Origin: a virus
Lineage: Duplodnaviria > Caudoviricetes
Length of the DNA stretch: 64,000 nt
IMG/VR virus record: IMGVR_UViG_3300032321_001270
Location: 1 to 64,000 of that record
Direction: 5' to 3' (one strand)
Positions 53,770 to 61,472 of this stretch are shown piece after piece; the stretch's first letter is position 1, and each line of letters opens with the position of its first letter. Under the pieces are notes generated by a model that did no database searches, had not been told where the DNA came from, and saw only the letters and a list, made by a program, of their open reading frames with translations. Position numbers and translations under genes: made by a program.

Positions 53770-54441
53770 CTAAAAAAATCCTGCACGGTGGGCCCGAAGG
53801 CCGCCCGCGGCGTCGTACTGCTGAGCGCAACCCAGCAGCCGTACGCCTCCGATGTGGCGGACTTGGTAGTCCGAGCCCCGTGTGTGGATTAAACACGTAG
53901 GGGCTTTTTAGTTCGTCCTCGGGTTGCGGCGTTCCTTGGGAACGACTTAGACAACCTGTAACAAACCATATCCACGTAACTCTCCTGACGATAAAGACGT
54001 TTCAGGAGAGCCAATGCGTCGGCGCTCTAAAGCAGTACACCGACGGCAGAGAATTCGCGCACCAAAGAGGCGCGTTCCCGGGCTACGTTGCCATAGCTCC
54101 AGCACACACAATTACGGATTGTTACTGCCGTGGCGCCTCCGTATGGTGTTGTGCAGTACACCGGGCGTCCACGAGCAGGCCGAAGTTTCATCGGCACCCT
54201 ATTGTTTAACGTGATAGGTTGGCACGGTACGTTCTTGCGCTGGCAGCAGCTTTCACGGCTTCTTCAGTTACGATTCCTCGCAACTTTATTACCGTGTGGA
54301 CTGTACATACGCAGCCCGAACCTCCCATGGAAGCAGCATGGACGGGGGAGGCTCCATGCCGCGCTATGACCAACCATCAACCGCCGCTGGCTGTCACACT
54401 CAGCCAGCGGAAGACGCAGAGTCTCACACAAACTCTGCGTC
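53770..54441 (-). ncRNA. Candidate large structured non-coding RNA
   Basis: No convincing ORF; about ten hairpins including a C(UUCG)G loop; ends in a T7 run. Confidence 0.35.
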
Positions 54442-54669
54442 GATGACGGTGTAGCTGTCGTACTCTTCCTGCAGAAGAGCCGCAGCATCACCGTCAAGAA
54501 TTGCAGCCTCGGCGGGAATGCAAACGCAGACGCCGAGTTCCAGCCCGCAGTGCAGGCAGTGTTCAATGTCCGTGTCGGGCGGCGCAATGGCCACGGCGAA
54601 CACAAACAGCATGTCCCGGCAGTCGTCCACGTTGACCTTCACCGCCGGGTTGTTACGGAGCTGACTCAT
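54424..54669 (-). CDS. Hypothetical protein
   Basis: 81 aa; AAGGAGG RBS; CxxC (CLHC). Confidence 0.55.
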   Translation of the reverse strand: MSQLRNNPAVKVNVDDCRDMLFVFAVAIAPPDTDIEHCLHCGLELGVCVCIPAEAAILDGDAAALLQEEYDSYTVIDAEFV

Positions 54670-54850
54670 TTCAATCCTCCTTGAAGAAATAAAACAACCG
54701 CCGTCTCGTGGCGGCTCACGCTAATGGTCTCTCGCCATTAGACGGCCCCACCTATCACCGGGCAGGGGGTACGGCGAGGGGTGCTATAACTTCATGCGTA
54801 AAGCCAGTGGATGTACCACTGCCGCGGCAAGAGCTATAGGCCCTCAATAG

Positions 54851-54879
54851 ATATGCCGCGTTTTTGGCAGATATTTAGC
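54851..54879 (-). promoter_or_regulatory. Phage-specific promoter-like motif, copy 6
   Basis: GCTAAATA-N12-GCGGCATAT. Confidence 0.6.
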
Positions 54880-54888
54880 TACTGGCTA

Positions 54889-54953
54889 ATAGCTAAAGAA
54901 AGCGTACGCTTTGCGGAGCCGTCGCCTCCGCTGCCCACAAATTAATAACGCCC
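54889..54953 (-). repeat. Terminator-containing ~65-bp repeat, copy 2
   Basis: Shares the 24-bp identical core and flanks with 47876-47940. Confidence 0.8.
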
Positions 54954-55448
54954 GGCCTCTTCTTCGTCGGCCTCGTGCTCGGCTTCCGCCCATTCAGCCT
55001 GCCGCTCTGCCAGCGCTTTATCATCCAGCCCGAACGTTTCAAGTTCCAGCTTTTTCCTGCGCGCTTCGCGCTCAGCCTCCGCCTCTGCCTCTTCATATTG
55101 CATACGATCCTCGCGCATGCGATCTTCAAATTCAAGATCTTCAAGAGAGATGTCGTGCGCCTCGGCTTCAAGCTCTTCTTTCTTTTCACGGTCTATGGCG
55201 ATGTAAAGCTCCGCCTTGACCGCGTCAAGTGAAAACGCGCCCTGCGGGCAAAAGCAATTGCGGCTACCGTACGTAGCGTCACTCAGATGCACGTACTTGT
55301 AGCCGCGCAACTCAAGCAGCTCAACCAGCGCCATTGCCGTATAAGGATCGGCAGCCGTACCAACGTACTGGCGACCCACGCTGTATACACCATCATCGGC
55401 GTTCTTAATGCCGTGAACGCGCATGCTACCGTCGGGGAAGGTAATCAT
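54942..55448 (-). CDS. Hypothetical protein with an acidic coiled C-terminus
   Basis: Start re-called at MITFPD (AAAGG RBS); Glu-rich. Confidence 0.55.
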   Translation of the reverse strand: MITFPDGSMRVHGIKNADDGVYSVGRQYVGTAADPYTAMALVELLELRGYKYVHLSDATYGSRNCFCPQGAFSLDAVKAELYIAIDREKKEELEAEAHDISLEDLEFEDRMREDRMQYEEAEAEAEREARRKKLELETFGLDDKALAERQAEWAEAEHEADEEEAGRY

Positions 55449-55713
55449 GTGAACCTTTCTAAAAAAAATTACAAGCTTAAATTGAGATAGCAAAAAGTCT
55501 GCTGGGCCTTAGCCAGCTTTGTGCAATACAAGCATCCCGGGCAGACTTATGCCCGAACAGCTTCACCGCCCCGCGGCAAGGCCGGCAAACCGAAGTTTGC
55601 CGCTAAGGTGTCTGAAGGAGAGCTGATATCCTCGGCGTTCTTTTAGTCGGGCTCATGAGACCCGCCGTTCAAATAGAGGGGCTATTTGCGCGAAACGCCT
55701 CGTACTGTGAATT

Positions 55714-55751
55714 AAAAAAAGCCGGCAGGGAAACGCGTCCCTACCGGCTTT
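55714..55751 (-). terminator. Intrinsic terminator
   Basis: GCCGG.AGGG / CCCT.CCGGC stem plus T7. Confidence 0.65.
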
Positions 55752-55873
55752 GTGGGGTTAACGAGGCCCACGCTCGTGCCGAAGCGACCAACCGGTCGCC
55801 AAGAAAGCTTGTTAGCACAAGAAACGCTCGCGAGGACAGGTATCACTACCCACCTACGCCCTGCAGCCGTTTG

Positions 55874-56077
55874 TTAGGTCACAGACAAATCTGCGTTGTA
55901 CGGACGCAAATCTTCGTTACTGAAAACGTCGTCTGGCAGGTCTTTCACCTGCACCGCCCGCTCCCCTAGCCATATGTAGTGTAGTCGAGCGGAGTCACTT
56001 GAAGCAGCCACGAGGCCCGGGCAGGGCTTGCCCGCTGCTTCGCCATCTACCCTAACGGTTCCTGCAAAACATTTCAC
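55874..56077 (-). CDS. Hypothetical protein
   Basis: 67-aa ORF in the gene-sense direction. Confidence 0.4.
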   Translation of the reverse strand: MKCFAGTVRVDGEAAGKPCPGLVAASSDSARLHYIWLGERAVQVKDLPDDVFSNEDLRPYNADLSVT

Positions 56078-56179
56078 GAAGTCTGCTCGTTACAGCCCTC
56101 TGCATGCACCTAGAGATAGGTTCATACACATGCTTCTCACGAGCGCTTCTTGTGCCAACAGCAGTGACAGTTTAGTAAC

Positions 56180-56467
56180 TTAGCTGATCTGGTCAATCGC
56201 CCGCACAATCGAGGCGGCATAGCGCTGGCTGATCTCGTCTGCCTCGCCGCCGTCATACTGCACGTGAATCTCGCGTTCCCATTTCAGGACCGCTGCCCGG
56301 ATCTGCGCCAGAGATTTACGCATTGATTTCAGCTCAATCTCCGGTTCGGTCTTGTACCTCGTCCCGCTCTTCGTGTTCACTGTCGGTTCCAACGCTGCTT
56401 TCTCCTTGTGGACTACTTCCTGCCACCATTGGTTGTTCCAGTTCGTCGCCGTCCGTGTCGCTGGCAT
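56180..56467 (-). CDS. Hypothetical protein (start uncertain)
   Basis: Overlaps the upstream ORF; the true start may be MRKSLA. Confidence 0.4.
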   Translation of the reverse strand: MPATRTATNWNNQWWQEVVHKEKAALEPTVNTKSGTRYKTEPEIELKSMRKSLAQIRAAVLKWEREIHVQYDGGEADEISQRYAASIVRAIDQIS

Positions 56468-56648
56468 CTGTATACGCTATTAACAGCGCTTCCTTGAGGG
56501 TGTCGATCAGGGTGTTAGCGCAATCATCCACGACTTTACGCAGATGATCCATTCTGTCAATCGTTTCGCGCATCTCGTCTCTGGTTTTCACCAGTACCTC
56601 AGCGAGTTTGAGCAGTCCTTGCGCCATTGCTAACGGTAGTTCTTCCAC
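56334..56648 (-). CDS. Hypothetical protein with an acidic tail
   Basis: 104 aa; GGAG RBS. Confidence 0.5.
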   Translation of the reverse strand: MEELPLAMAQGLLKLAEVLVKTRDEMRETIDRMDHLRKVVDDCANTLIDTLKEALLIAYTDASDTDGDELEQPMVAGSSPQGESSVGTDSEHEERDEVQDRTGD

Positions 56649-56660
56649 GCAGTTCTCCTT

Positions 56661-56990
56661 TTACCGTAGGTCATCGAACGATTCTTTTAAGCCCACTGCC
56701 CGGTCTGCCAAGTACTGGGCGACAAGAGTCATCACGTCAATAATGCCTTGGTTCTCGTGTACACGCCGGGCTTCCGTGGGCGAGTACGCGCCAAAACACG
56801 TCACGCTAAGCAAGATAGGGCGAACCTTTTCTAGCGCTTTTACATCTGTCAGATCTGCAGGCGAGAAACCAGCGTCGGTCACCTCGATTGACTCGATGTG
56901 GCCTAGTTGGTCACCAATCATGCCGTCTTCCAGCGCGTGATTGCAGGCATCACGCAACGCTTCCACGAACCAGCGGCAGTTCTGGTTCAT
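56661..56990 (-). CDS. Hypothetical protein
   Basis: ATGA coupling with the upstream gene. Confidence 0.55.
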   Translation of the reverse strand: MNQNCRWFVEALRDACNHALEDGMIGDQLGHIESIEVTDAGFSPADLTDVKALEKVRPILLSVTCFGAYSPTEARRVHENQGIIDVMTLVAQYLADRAVGLKESFDDLR

Positions 56991-57289
56991 GACGCCACCT
57001 TCTCAGCGGGTTTGACGCTATCAGCAATCTGGTCGCGCAGCTGGCCCTCAGCCTCGGCCCACTTGTCGAGAATGAGGTTGGCGAGCGGGCTGTTGACCTT
57101 CTGCAAAAACTCCTCGATCTCAGGGGCCAACGCCGCCAGCGCCAGCAGCTTCGGCTCACACTCACAAGTGTTGCCGATCTCCAGCACATAGTGTCCGGCC
57201 TCGTCCGCGATGGAGCCGCGGACGTGGTGGTGGCTGGGCATCGAACCCAGCGCGCGCAGTGCAGCAAAAAGCATAGATTGCTCCTTCAA
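56987..57289 (-). CDS. Hypothetical protein
   Basis: 100 aa, coupled to neighbours. Confidence 0.5.
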   Translation of the reverse strand: MKEQSMLFAALRALGSMPSHHHVRGSIADEAGHYVLEIGNTCECEPKLLALAALAPEIEEFLQKVNSPLANLILDKWAEAEGQLRDQIADSVKPAEKVAS

Positions 57290-57483
57290 GGGTAAATGGG
57301 GTAAATCTTCTCATTGAACGCCACGAACGCCGGTATTCCGTGCTCGTTTGGCAGCCGGGCTGCCGGATCATCAACGACATGATCGTCGACCTTTACACGA
57401 CCCTCAACGATCGCGCGCCGGGCCATAGACGTGTCGATGTTGGCGCACTTTGACAATACATCAACCAGTGGTGTGGTAGCCAT
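57286..57483 (-). CDS. Small S4-like RNA-binding domain protein
   Basis: SMARRAIVEGRVKVDDHVVDDP. Confidence 0.6.
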   Translation of the reverse strand: MATTPLVDVLSKCANIDTSMARRAIVEGRVKVDDHVVDDPAARLPNEHGIPAFVAFNEKIYPIYP

Positions 57484-57485
57484 AA

Positions 57486-58103
57486 TTAGTCCCACAGGGC
57501 TTGGTAGTACTTACCGAACAGAGTCGTTCCACGGCGGATACGCTCCTCGTGGGCCTGAAGACCGTCATAATCGCATTTCAGCTTTCTGAAGCCTTCGGGC
57601 CACTTATCAACATCGGGCAAATCGTCGCGGCCTTCCCAGAACTTATCGTCATGATTTGAGTCGTTCAACTGCTCGAATGCCCAAATCATTTCGCCCATGA
57701 TCCACTCCCACCGCTTGTCATGAAGCTGGTCGGGAGTACCGCAATTCTTTTCTTCTTCTTCGGTCAACGCCGGTGCAGCGCTGGACCGAAGTTCTTCCGG
57801 GACGTCCGTGTCGTCTGTGAAAGGATAACCGTGCTGGGTCGCCTGCAGCTGCTTGAGCAACGGCAGAATGATGGGCGCCAGCGTGCTATCGATATTCCAC
57901 GTGTCATAGTCGTGGATTTTGATAGCAATACGCCGCGTCCGAAACCGCGAATGAAACCACTCGCAAAACGCGTTCAGCCACGTCTTGCTCAGCCGCTTTC
58001 CGATCTCGTGGCAGCGGTCCTCGGACACGCCCACATACTGCAGCAGGTCAGCCAGCTGATACGGACCAGTCCAGCCCGGATAGGGGCCAATGTAAACCTT
58101 CAT
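57486..58103 (-). CDS. Conserved phage hypothetical protein
   Basis: MKVYIGPYP...GPYQLA...YDTWNIDSTLAPIILPLLKQL...FGKYYQALWD, a pattern recalled from large myoviruses. Confidence 0.65.
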   Translation of the reverse strand: MKVYIGPYPGWTGPYQLADLLQYVGVSEDRCHEIGKRLSKTWLNAFCEWFHSRFRTRRIAIKIHDYDTWNIDSTLAPIILPLLKQLQATQHGYPFTDDTDVPEELRSSAAPALTEEEEKNCGTPDQLHDKRWEWIMGEMIWAFEQLNDSNHDDKFWEGRDDLPDVDKWPEGFRKLKCDYDGLQAHEERIRRGTTLFGKYYQALWD

Positions 58104-58396
58104 GAATCCTCCCTGAAACGAGGCCAATCGTGCGCACAACTCGGACAACGCCAGAAACTCACGCCGTCGTAATGATCTGGATGGTCATACGACAACTGCA
58201 CACCAATGAGACGGCTAAACTTATACGGGGGTGAATAATGCTCCCGTATCCACGCGTGCAGCTCCTCATCACTCTTATTGTCGCACCACGCTTGCGAACG
58301 TAGCGCGTCAAAGACATCGCCGGCATCCCAGTTAACACCGCATTCCGGGCACCGGCCGAATGGGTCCAACTTTGCTGTCTCTTCATTAAGTCGCAT
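58100..58396 (-). CDS. Zinc-ribbon hypothetical protein
   Basis: RCPECG...WRCPSC. Confidence 0.55.
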   Translation of the reverse strand: MRLNEETAKLDPFGRCPECGVNWDAGDVFDALRSQAWCDNKSDEELHAWIREHYSPPYKFSRLIGVQLSYDHPDHYDGVSFWRCPSCAHDWPRFREDS

Positions 58397-58637
58397 CGGC
58401 AAGCTCCTTCTGCGTGACGACGATAAACGAATCTTTCCCCGGCAACAGCGCCAAGCCGCGGCCGTTATCCCAGCGCACTGAGATCTGATGCCACTCTCGC
58501 GGGCCTTCAAAATTAACGGCGATAATCGTACCTTCCAATCCGACTGGCATATCCTTTTCAATAGGCATCCAATCAGAGTTCGGGTTGAGCATCGGTCCAG
58601 TTAATTTAACTCGCTGGCCGACTGCGTACGGTTCCAT
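58386..58637 (-). CDS. DUF4314-like protein
   Basis: VGQRVKL...MPVGLEGTI...ISVRWDNGRGLALLPGKD. Confidence 0.65.
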   Translation of the reverse strand: MEPYAVGQRVKLTGPMLNPNSDWMPIEKDMPVGLEGTIIAVNFEGPREWHQISVRWDNGRGLALLPGKDSFIVVTQKELADAT

Positions 58638-58663
58638 AACTGACTCCTGGGTGAGTAGATATC

Positions 58664-58721
58664 AAAAAAACAGGCGAGCCGGGCTGAGGCATGGCGAAAC
58701 ATACCCCAGCCCGGCTACGCC
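58664..58721 (-). terminator. Intrinsic terminator
   Basis: GGCG.AGCCGGGCTG / CAGCCCGGCT.CGCC stem plus T7. Confidence 0.65.
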
Positions 58722-58733
58722 AACAACACGCCG

Positions 58734-59333
58734 TCAGTCGTTCAGCAGCTCGGCGAGACGTTTGATCCCGCCGTGCCGCAGCACGAGACGGGTCACCGGG
58801 GCACGCTTCTTCTTGACAATCCGCGTAGCCAACTTCTTCACCGACACCTTGAACTTGTGCACAGCCGCCTTGGCCTTGCGCTTCTTCTTGCCCTGTGGGC
58901 TGGCCTGCTCCCGATGACTTTCCGACATCGGATTCAGCCTGTACAAGCCCGGGGGCAGCTTCCATCGGCCGTTGGGCCGATCGAACTTCCTGATCTGCGC
59001 ACGCAGACAGCCGGGCGTGGTGAACCGCACCTCGATCTTCTTTTTGACGTCGAAGATCTTGGTGATACCAGCGCCGATCTGGTAATCGAACTGACTGCCT
59101 GTTGCTTCGTCGAGCGCAAGCGCGACGACGCAGTAGCGGGCATCACCCGGCACAGCGTCAGCGATGTGCTGCGCTGAGATGTTGAACCAGAACGGTTCTC
59201 GGGCCAGCACGATCGTCCAGCTGGGATCGACCTCGTCCTTGAACGAGTCGCCCATCGCCCGAAGCGGCGAAGACGTATAACGATGTCGCTTGTGCACACC
59301 GTCCTTACGCGTCTTCTTATTATTAACAGCCAT
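58734..59333 (-). CDS. Basic hypothetical protein
   Basis: 199 aa, Lys/Arg-rich termini; GGAG RBS. Confidence 0.55.
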   Translation of the reverse strand: MAVNNKKTRKDGVHKRHRYTSSPLRAMGDSFKDEVDPSWTIVLAREPFWFNISAQHIADAVPGDARYCVVALALDEATGSQFDYQIGAGITKIFDVKKKIEVRFTTPGCLRAQIRKFDRPNGRWKLPPGLYRLNPMSESHREQASPQGKKKRKAKAAVHKFKVSVKKLATRIVKKKRAPVTRLVLRHGGIKRLAELLND

Positions 59334-59398
59334 GACAGAACGTCTCCCTACGTTTCATCGAACCACTGAACAACCCACGACAACGTGCCGAGGGCAAG

Positions 59399-59433
59399 AA
59401 AAAAAACCGGGCGGGCCCTTTACGGTCCGACCC
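59399..59433 (-). terminator. Intrinsic terminator closing the tmRNA/ncRNA unit
   Basis: GC-rich hairpin with GTAA loop followed by T8. Confidence 0.6.
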
Positions 59434-59434
59434 T

Positions 59435-59767
59435 ATAACCCAAGACTAGCTGCAGCTCTTCTTGGAACCCCTCCACGTCGGCAGCACGCCACGAGATTCC
59501 CCGCAACGATAGCCAAAGGTAAGGAGTACCCGGTTAAACAACGTTGTGACGGACACGCAGGCCGTCACGGGATATAGGACTTCGGGCTCATGCGTGAATA
59601 TTTGCCCCAGTTTCCCGGCTAACCTTTTTGAGGCGCCTTCGTCCACTACGTTGTTGTTCGAGACCCGGCTGTTAATTCAGCAATCTTACCCGTTGAAAGA
59701 TAAGACGCGGACGCAATGCCGCGGTGTTAATTCACTTCACTACCCGATGAAGGATAGTTCCGGGCTA
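59435..59767 (-). ncRNA. Candidate ~330-nt structured RNA downstream of tmRNA
   Basis: No credible ORF; nested long-range helices, GAAA tetraloop, own terminator. Confidence 0.45.
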
Positions 59768-60112
59768 TGGAGGCGGCGGGAGTCGAACCCGCGTCCAGAG
59801 ATATCTCCAGAAAGAACGTCTACGTGTGTAGGCAGTTGTTGTTTACACTCTTGCCAAAGTTAGCCGATTATCGGCGTCAGGTGGGCTACCACCATCTTGC
59901 CCTTTCTTACTGGGCCAGATCAGCCGATTATCGGCGTCAACCTGATTGGGCAATAAGGCTCAGGTCGCCTCACTCACTGGCCTATTAACTAGGCAGCGAG
60001 GGCCGGTGCAAAAGCGCCAGCTAGAAACGTAATCGGCTTTTAACGTGGCCAACCGATCAACCACGACACGCAGTCCTAACCTTCCTTATCCTGTCGATAC
60101 CAGTACGCCCCC
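59768..60112 (-). ncRNA. ssrA: tmRNA
   Basis: 5' GGGGGCGTACTGGTATCGAC and 3' GGACGCGGGTTCGACTCCCGCCGCCTCCA with a G3.U wobble; pk1; tag ORF ending ALAA-TAG (59989-60021); CCA not encoded. Confidence 0.92.
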
Positions 60113-60336
60113 GTATTGTTGTTGGCCATATTCCCATTGTGAGGCTGCGGCGCTGGTGGGCGCCTGCGTTTACCGCCAGCTCTTTTTAACGTAATTTATC
60201 TGGCGGCACCAACAACAAATTGAAAATCTCGCCGCAGGGATGTGGTGATTACACGTAGTTGCTACGCTCCCACGCACATTGAGGCTCATAACTTCCCCCT
60301 GCATTTCGCATCGCTGTACACACGCTGCCGAGACAA

Positions 60337-60410
60337 TAACCCGGGTGGGAGTCGAACCCACAACAAGTAGATCCTAAGTCTACCGCCTCTGCCAGTTGTG
60401 CTACCGAGTT
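60337..60410 (-). tRNA. tRNA-Leu (TAG) with a short variable loop
   Basis: GTAGA-CTTAGGA-TCTAC; T-loop TTCGACT; 5-nt variable region. Confidence 0.85.
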
Positions 60411-60547
60411 AAAAATTGATGAGTGTCGATTAGGGGTCGCTTCCGATATACGAGCCACGTGGATAGGCATACCGGGAAATCGAACTTAAAACCTCACTAC
60501 CTCCTGCCGGGGATCAGCCGGAACAGTTCAATGGTTTTACTCATCAA

Positions 60548-60620
60548 TGACCCCACGGGGATTCGAACCCCGGTAAACGGAACGAAAATCCGTTGTCCTA
60601 GGCCACTAGACGATGGGGCC
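60548..60620 (-). tRNA. tRNA-Glu (TTC)
   Basis: ACGGA-TTTTCGT-TCCGT; full cloverleaf. Confidence 0.92.
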
Positions 60621-60629
60621 ATTGTCGTC

Positions 60630-60815
60630 TCAGTCTACCTTCTCGACGTTTAGCGCGATAAGAAAACCACACATTTGCGCGAACGTGATCAGCTGCTTCT
60701 CTTTGAGTTTGAAGAAATCTGCAAAGTGAGTAAACAGATCACAAGGCGACAGATCTGTCGGGTTTTGCGTTTCGCGCAACTTAGATATCAATTCAGCGGC
60801 TCTTTCCAGCGTCAT
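60630..60815 (-). CDS. Hypothetical protein
   Basis: Start re-called at MTLERA (AAGGAG RBS). Confidence 0.5.
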   Translation of the reverse strand: MTLERAAELISKLRETQNPTDLSPCDLFTHFADFFKLKEKQLITFAQMCGFLIALNVEKVD

Positions 60816-60851
60816 CTTCTTGCTCCTTCGTGTAAAGATAACAAAACTCAT

Positions 60852-60922
60852 TGGGCCGCCAAGGAATCGAACCTTGCGTCGCGAGTTAATAAGACTCGCT
60901 TGCCTACCAGTTTCCGCGGCCC
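60852..60922 (-). tRNA. tRNA-Ile (TAT) with a reduced D-arm
   Basis: Perfect acceptor, T and anticodon stems (CGAGT-CTTATTA-ACTCG); only 17 nt between acceptor and anticodon stems. Confidence 0.75.
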
Positions 60923-60985
60923 GCGTGGGCGGGGCGCCAGCAGCTTGGGCTACTGCCAGCGCCCCGCCGTCAGCGAGTCTAACGC

Positions 60986-61330
60986 TTACCGATAGCGCTT
61001 GCACGCATACCAGCGGCCATCCCTGCCTCGCGCGACCCCTTGATCAACAACCCTCATTCCGCTGCGGCTGTAGCAGCAGTTATTCAGAGCCTGCTCGGGC
61101 GTGGAACCGGCGCCAACACCCTCGTAGCCTGAATTACCACCACAGTGCCCCATAGCACCGCGACTTGCCTGCATCTCTGCGACGCCTTGCGCCGTAGAGT
61201 TAGTGTAGGCATAGCTGCGCACAGACGGGATTGGCGTCGAACTGGTATAGCGTCGTACTACAACAGGGCCGTCGGCATGCGCAACGCCGACAACAGAGAG
61301 CGCCAATAGCGAAAGAAAAACGCGAATCAT
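60986..61330 (-). CDS. Exported small protein, CAP/SCP-like C-terminus
   Basis: Signal peptide; GHCGG..GYEGVG...ALNNCCY...GVARGRDGRWYACKRY. Confidence 0.55.
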   Translation of the reverse strand: MIRVFLSLLALSVVGVAHADGPVVVRRYTSSTPIPSVRSYAYTNSTAQGVAEMQASRGAMGHCGGNSGYEGVGAGSTPEQALNNCCYSRSGMRVVDQGVARGRDGRWYACKRYR

Positions 61331-61392
61331 ACGATCCTCCGTGACAAACCAAACAAACCACAGCCCGGAACATTTCTGCGCCGGGCTGACAG

Positions 61393-61466
61393 TAGGCGCA
61401 AAGGGACTCGAACCCCTAACCCCCTGCGTGTAAAACAGGTGCTCTGACCAATTGAGCTATGCGCCT
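61393..61466 (-). tRNA. tRNA-Val (TAC)
   Basis: CCTGT-TTTACAC-GCAGG; full cloverleaf. Confidence 0.92.
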
Positions 61467-61472
61467 GCGAGT

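Noticed and set aside
47876-54897. CRISPR array
   Set aside because: Repeats are short, irregularly spaced, in both orientations and separated by whole genes; no cas genes
59435-59767. RNase P RNA or 6S RNA
   Set aside because: Could not find GAGGAAAGUCC or the 3' AACCCGGCUUA-type signature; too long and branched for 6S
60415-60545. Additional tRNA
   Set aside because: Only a GTTCGAT-like fragment; no cloverleaf
60816-61004. 5' extension of ORF 60630-61004
   Set aside because: Overlaps tRNA-Ile; a good RBS supports the start at 60815
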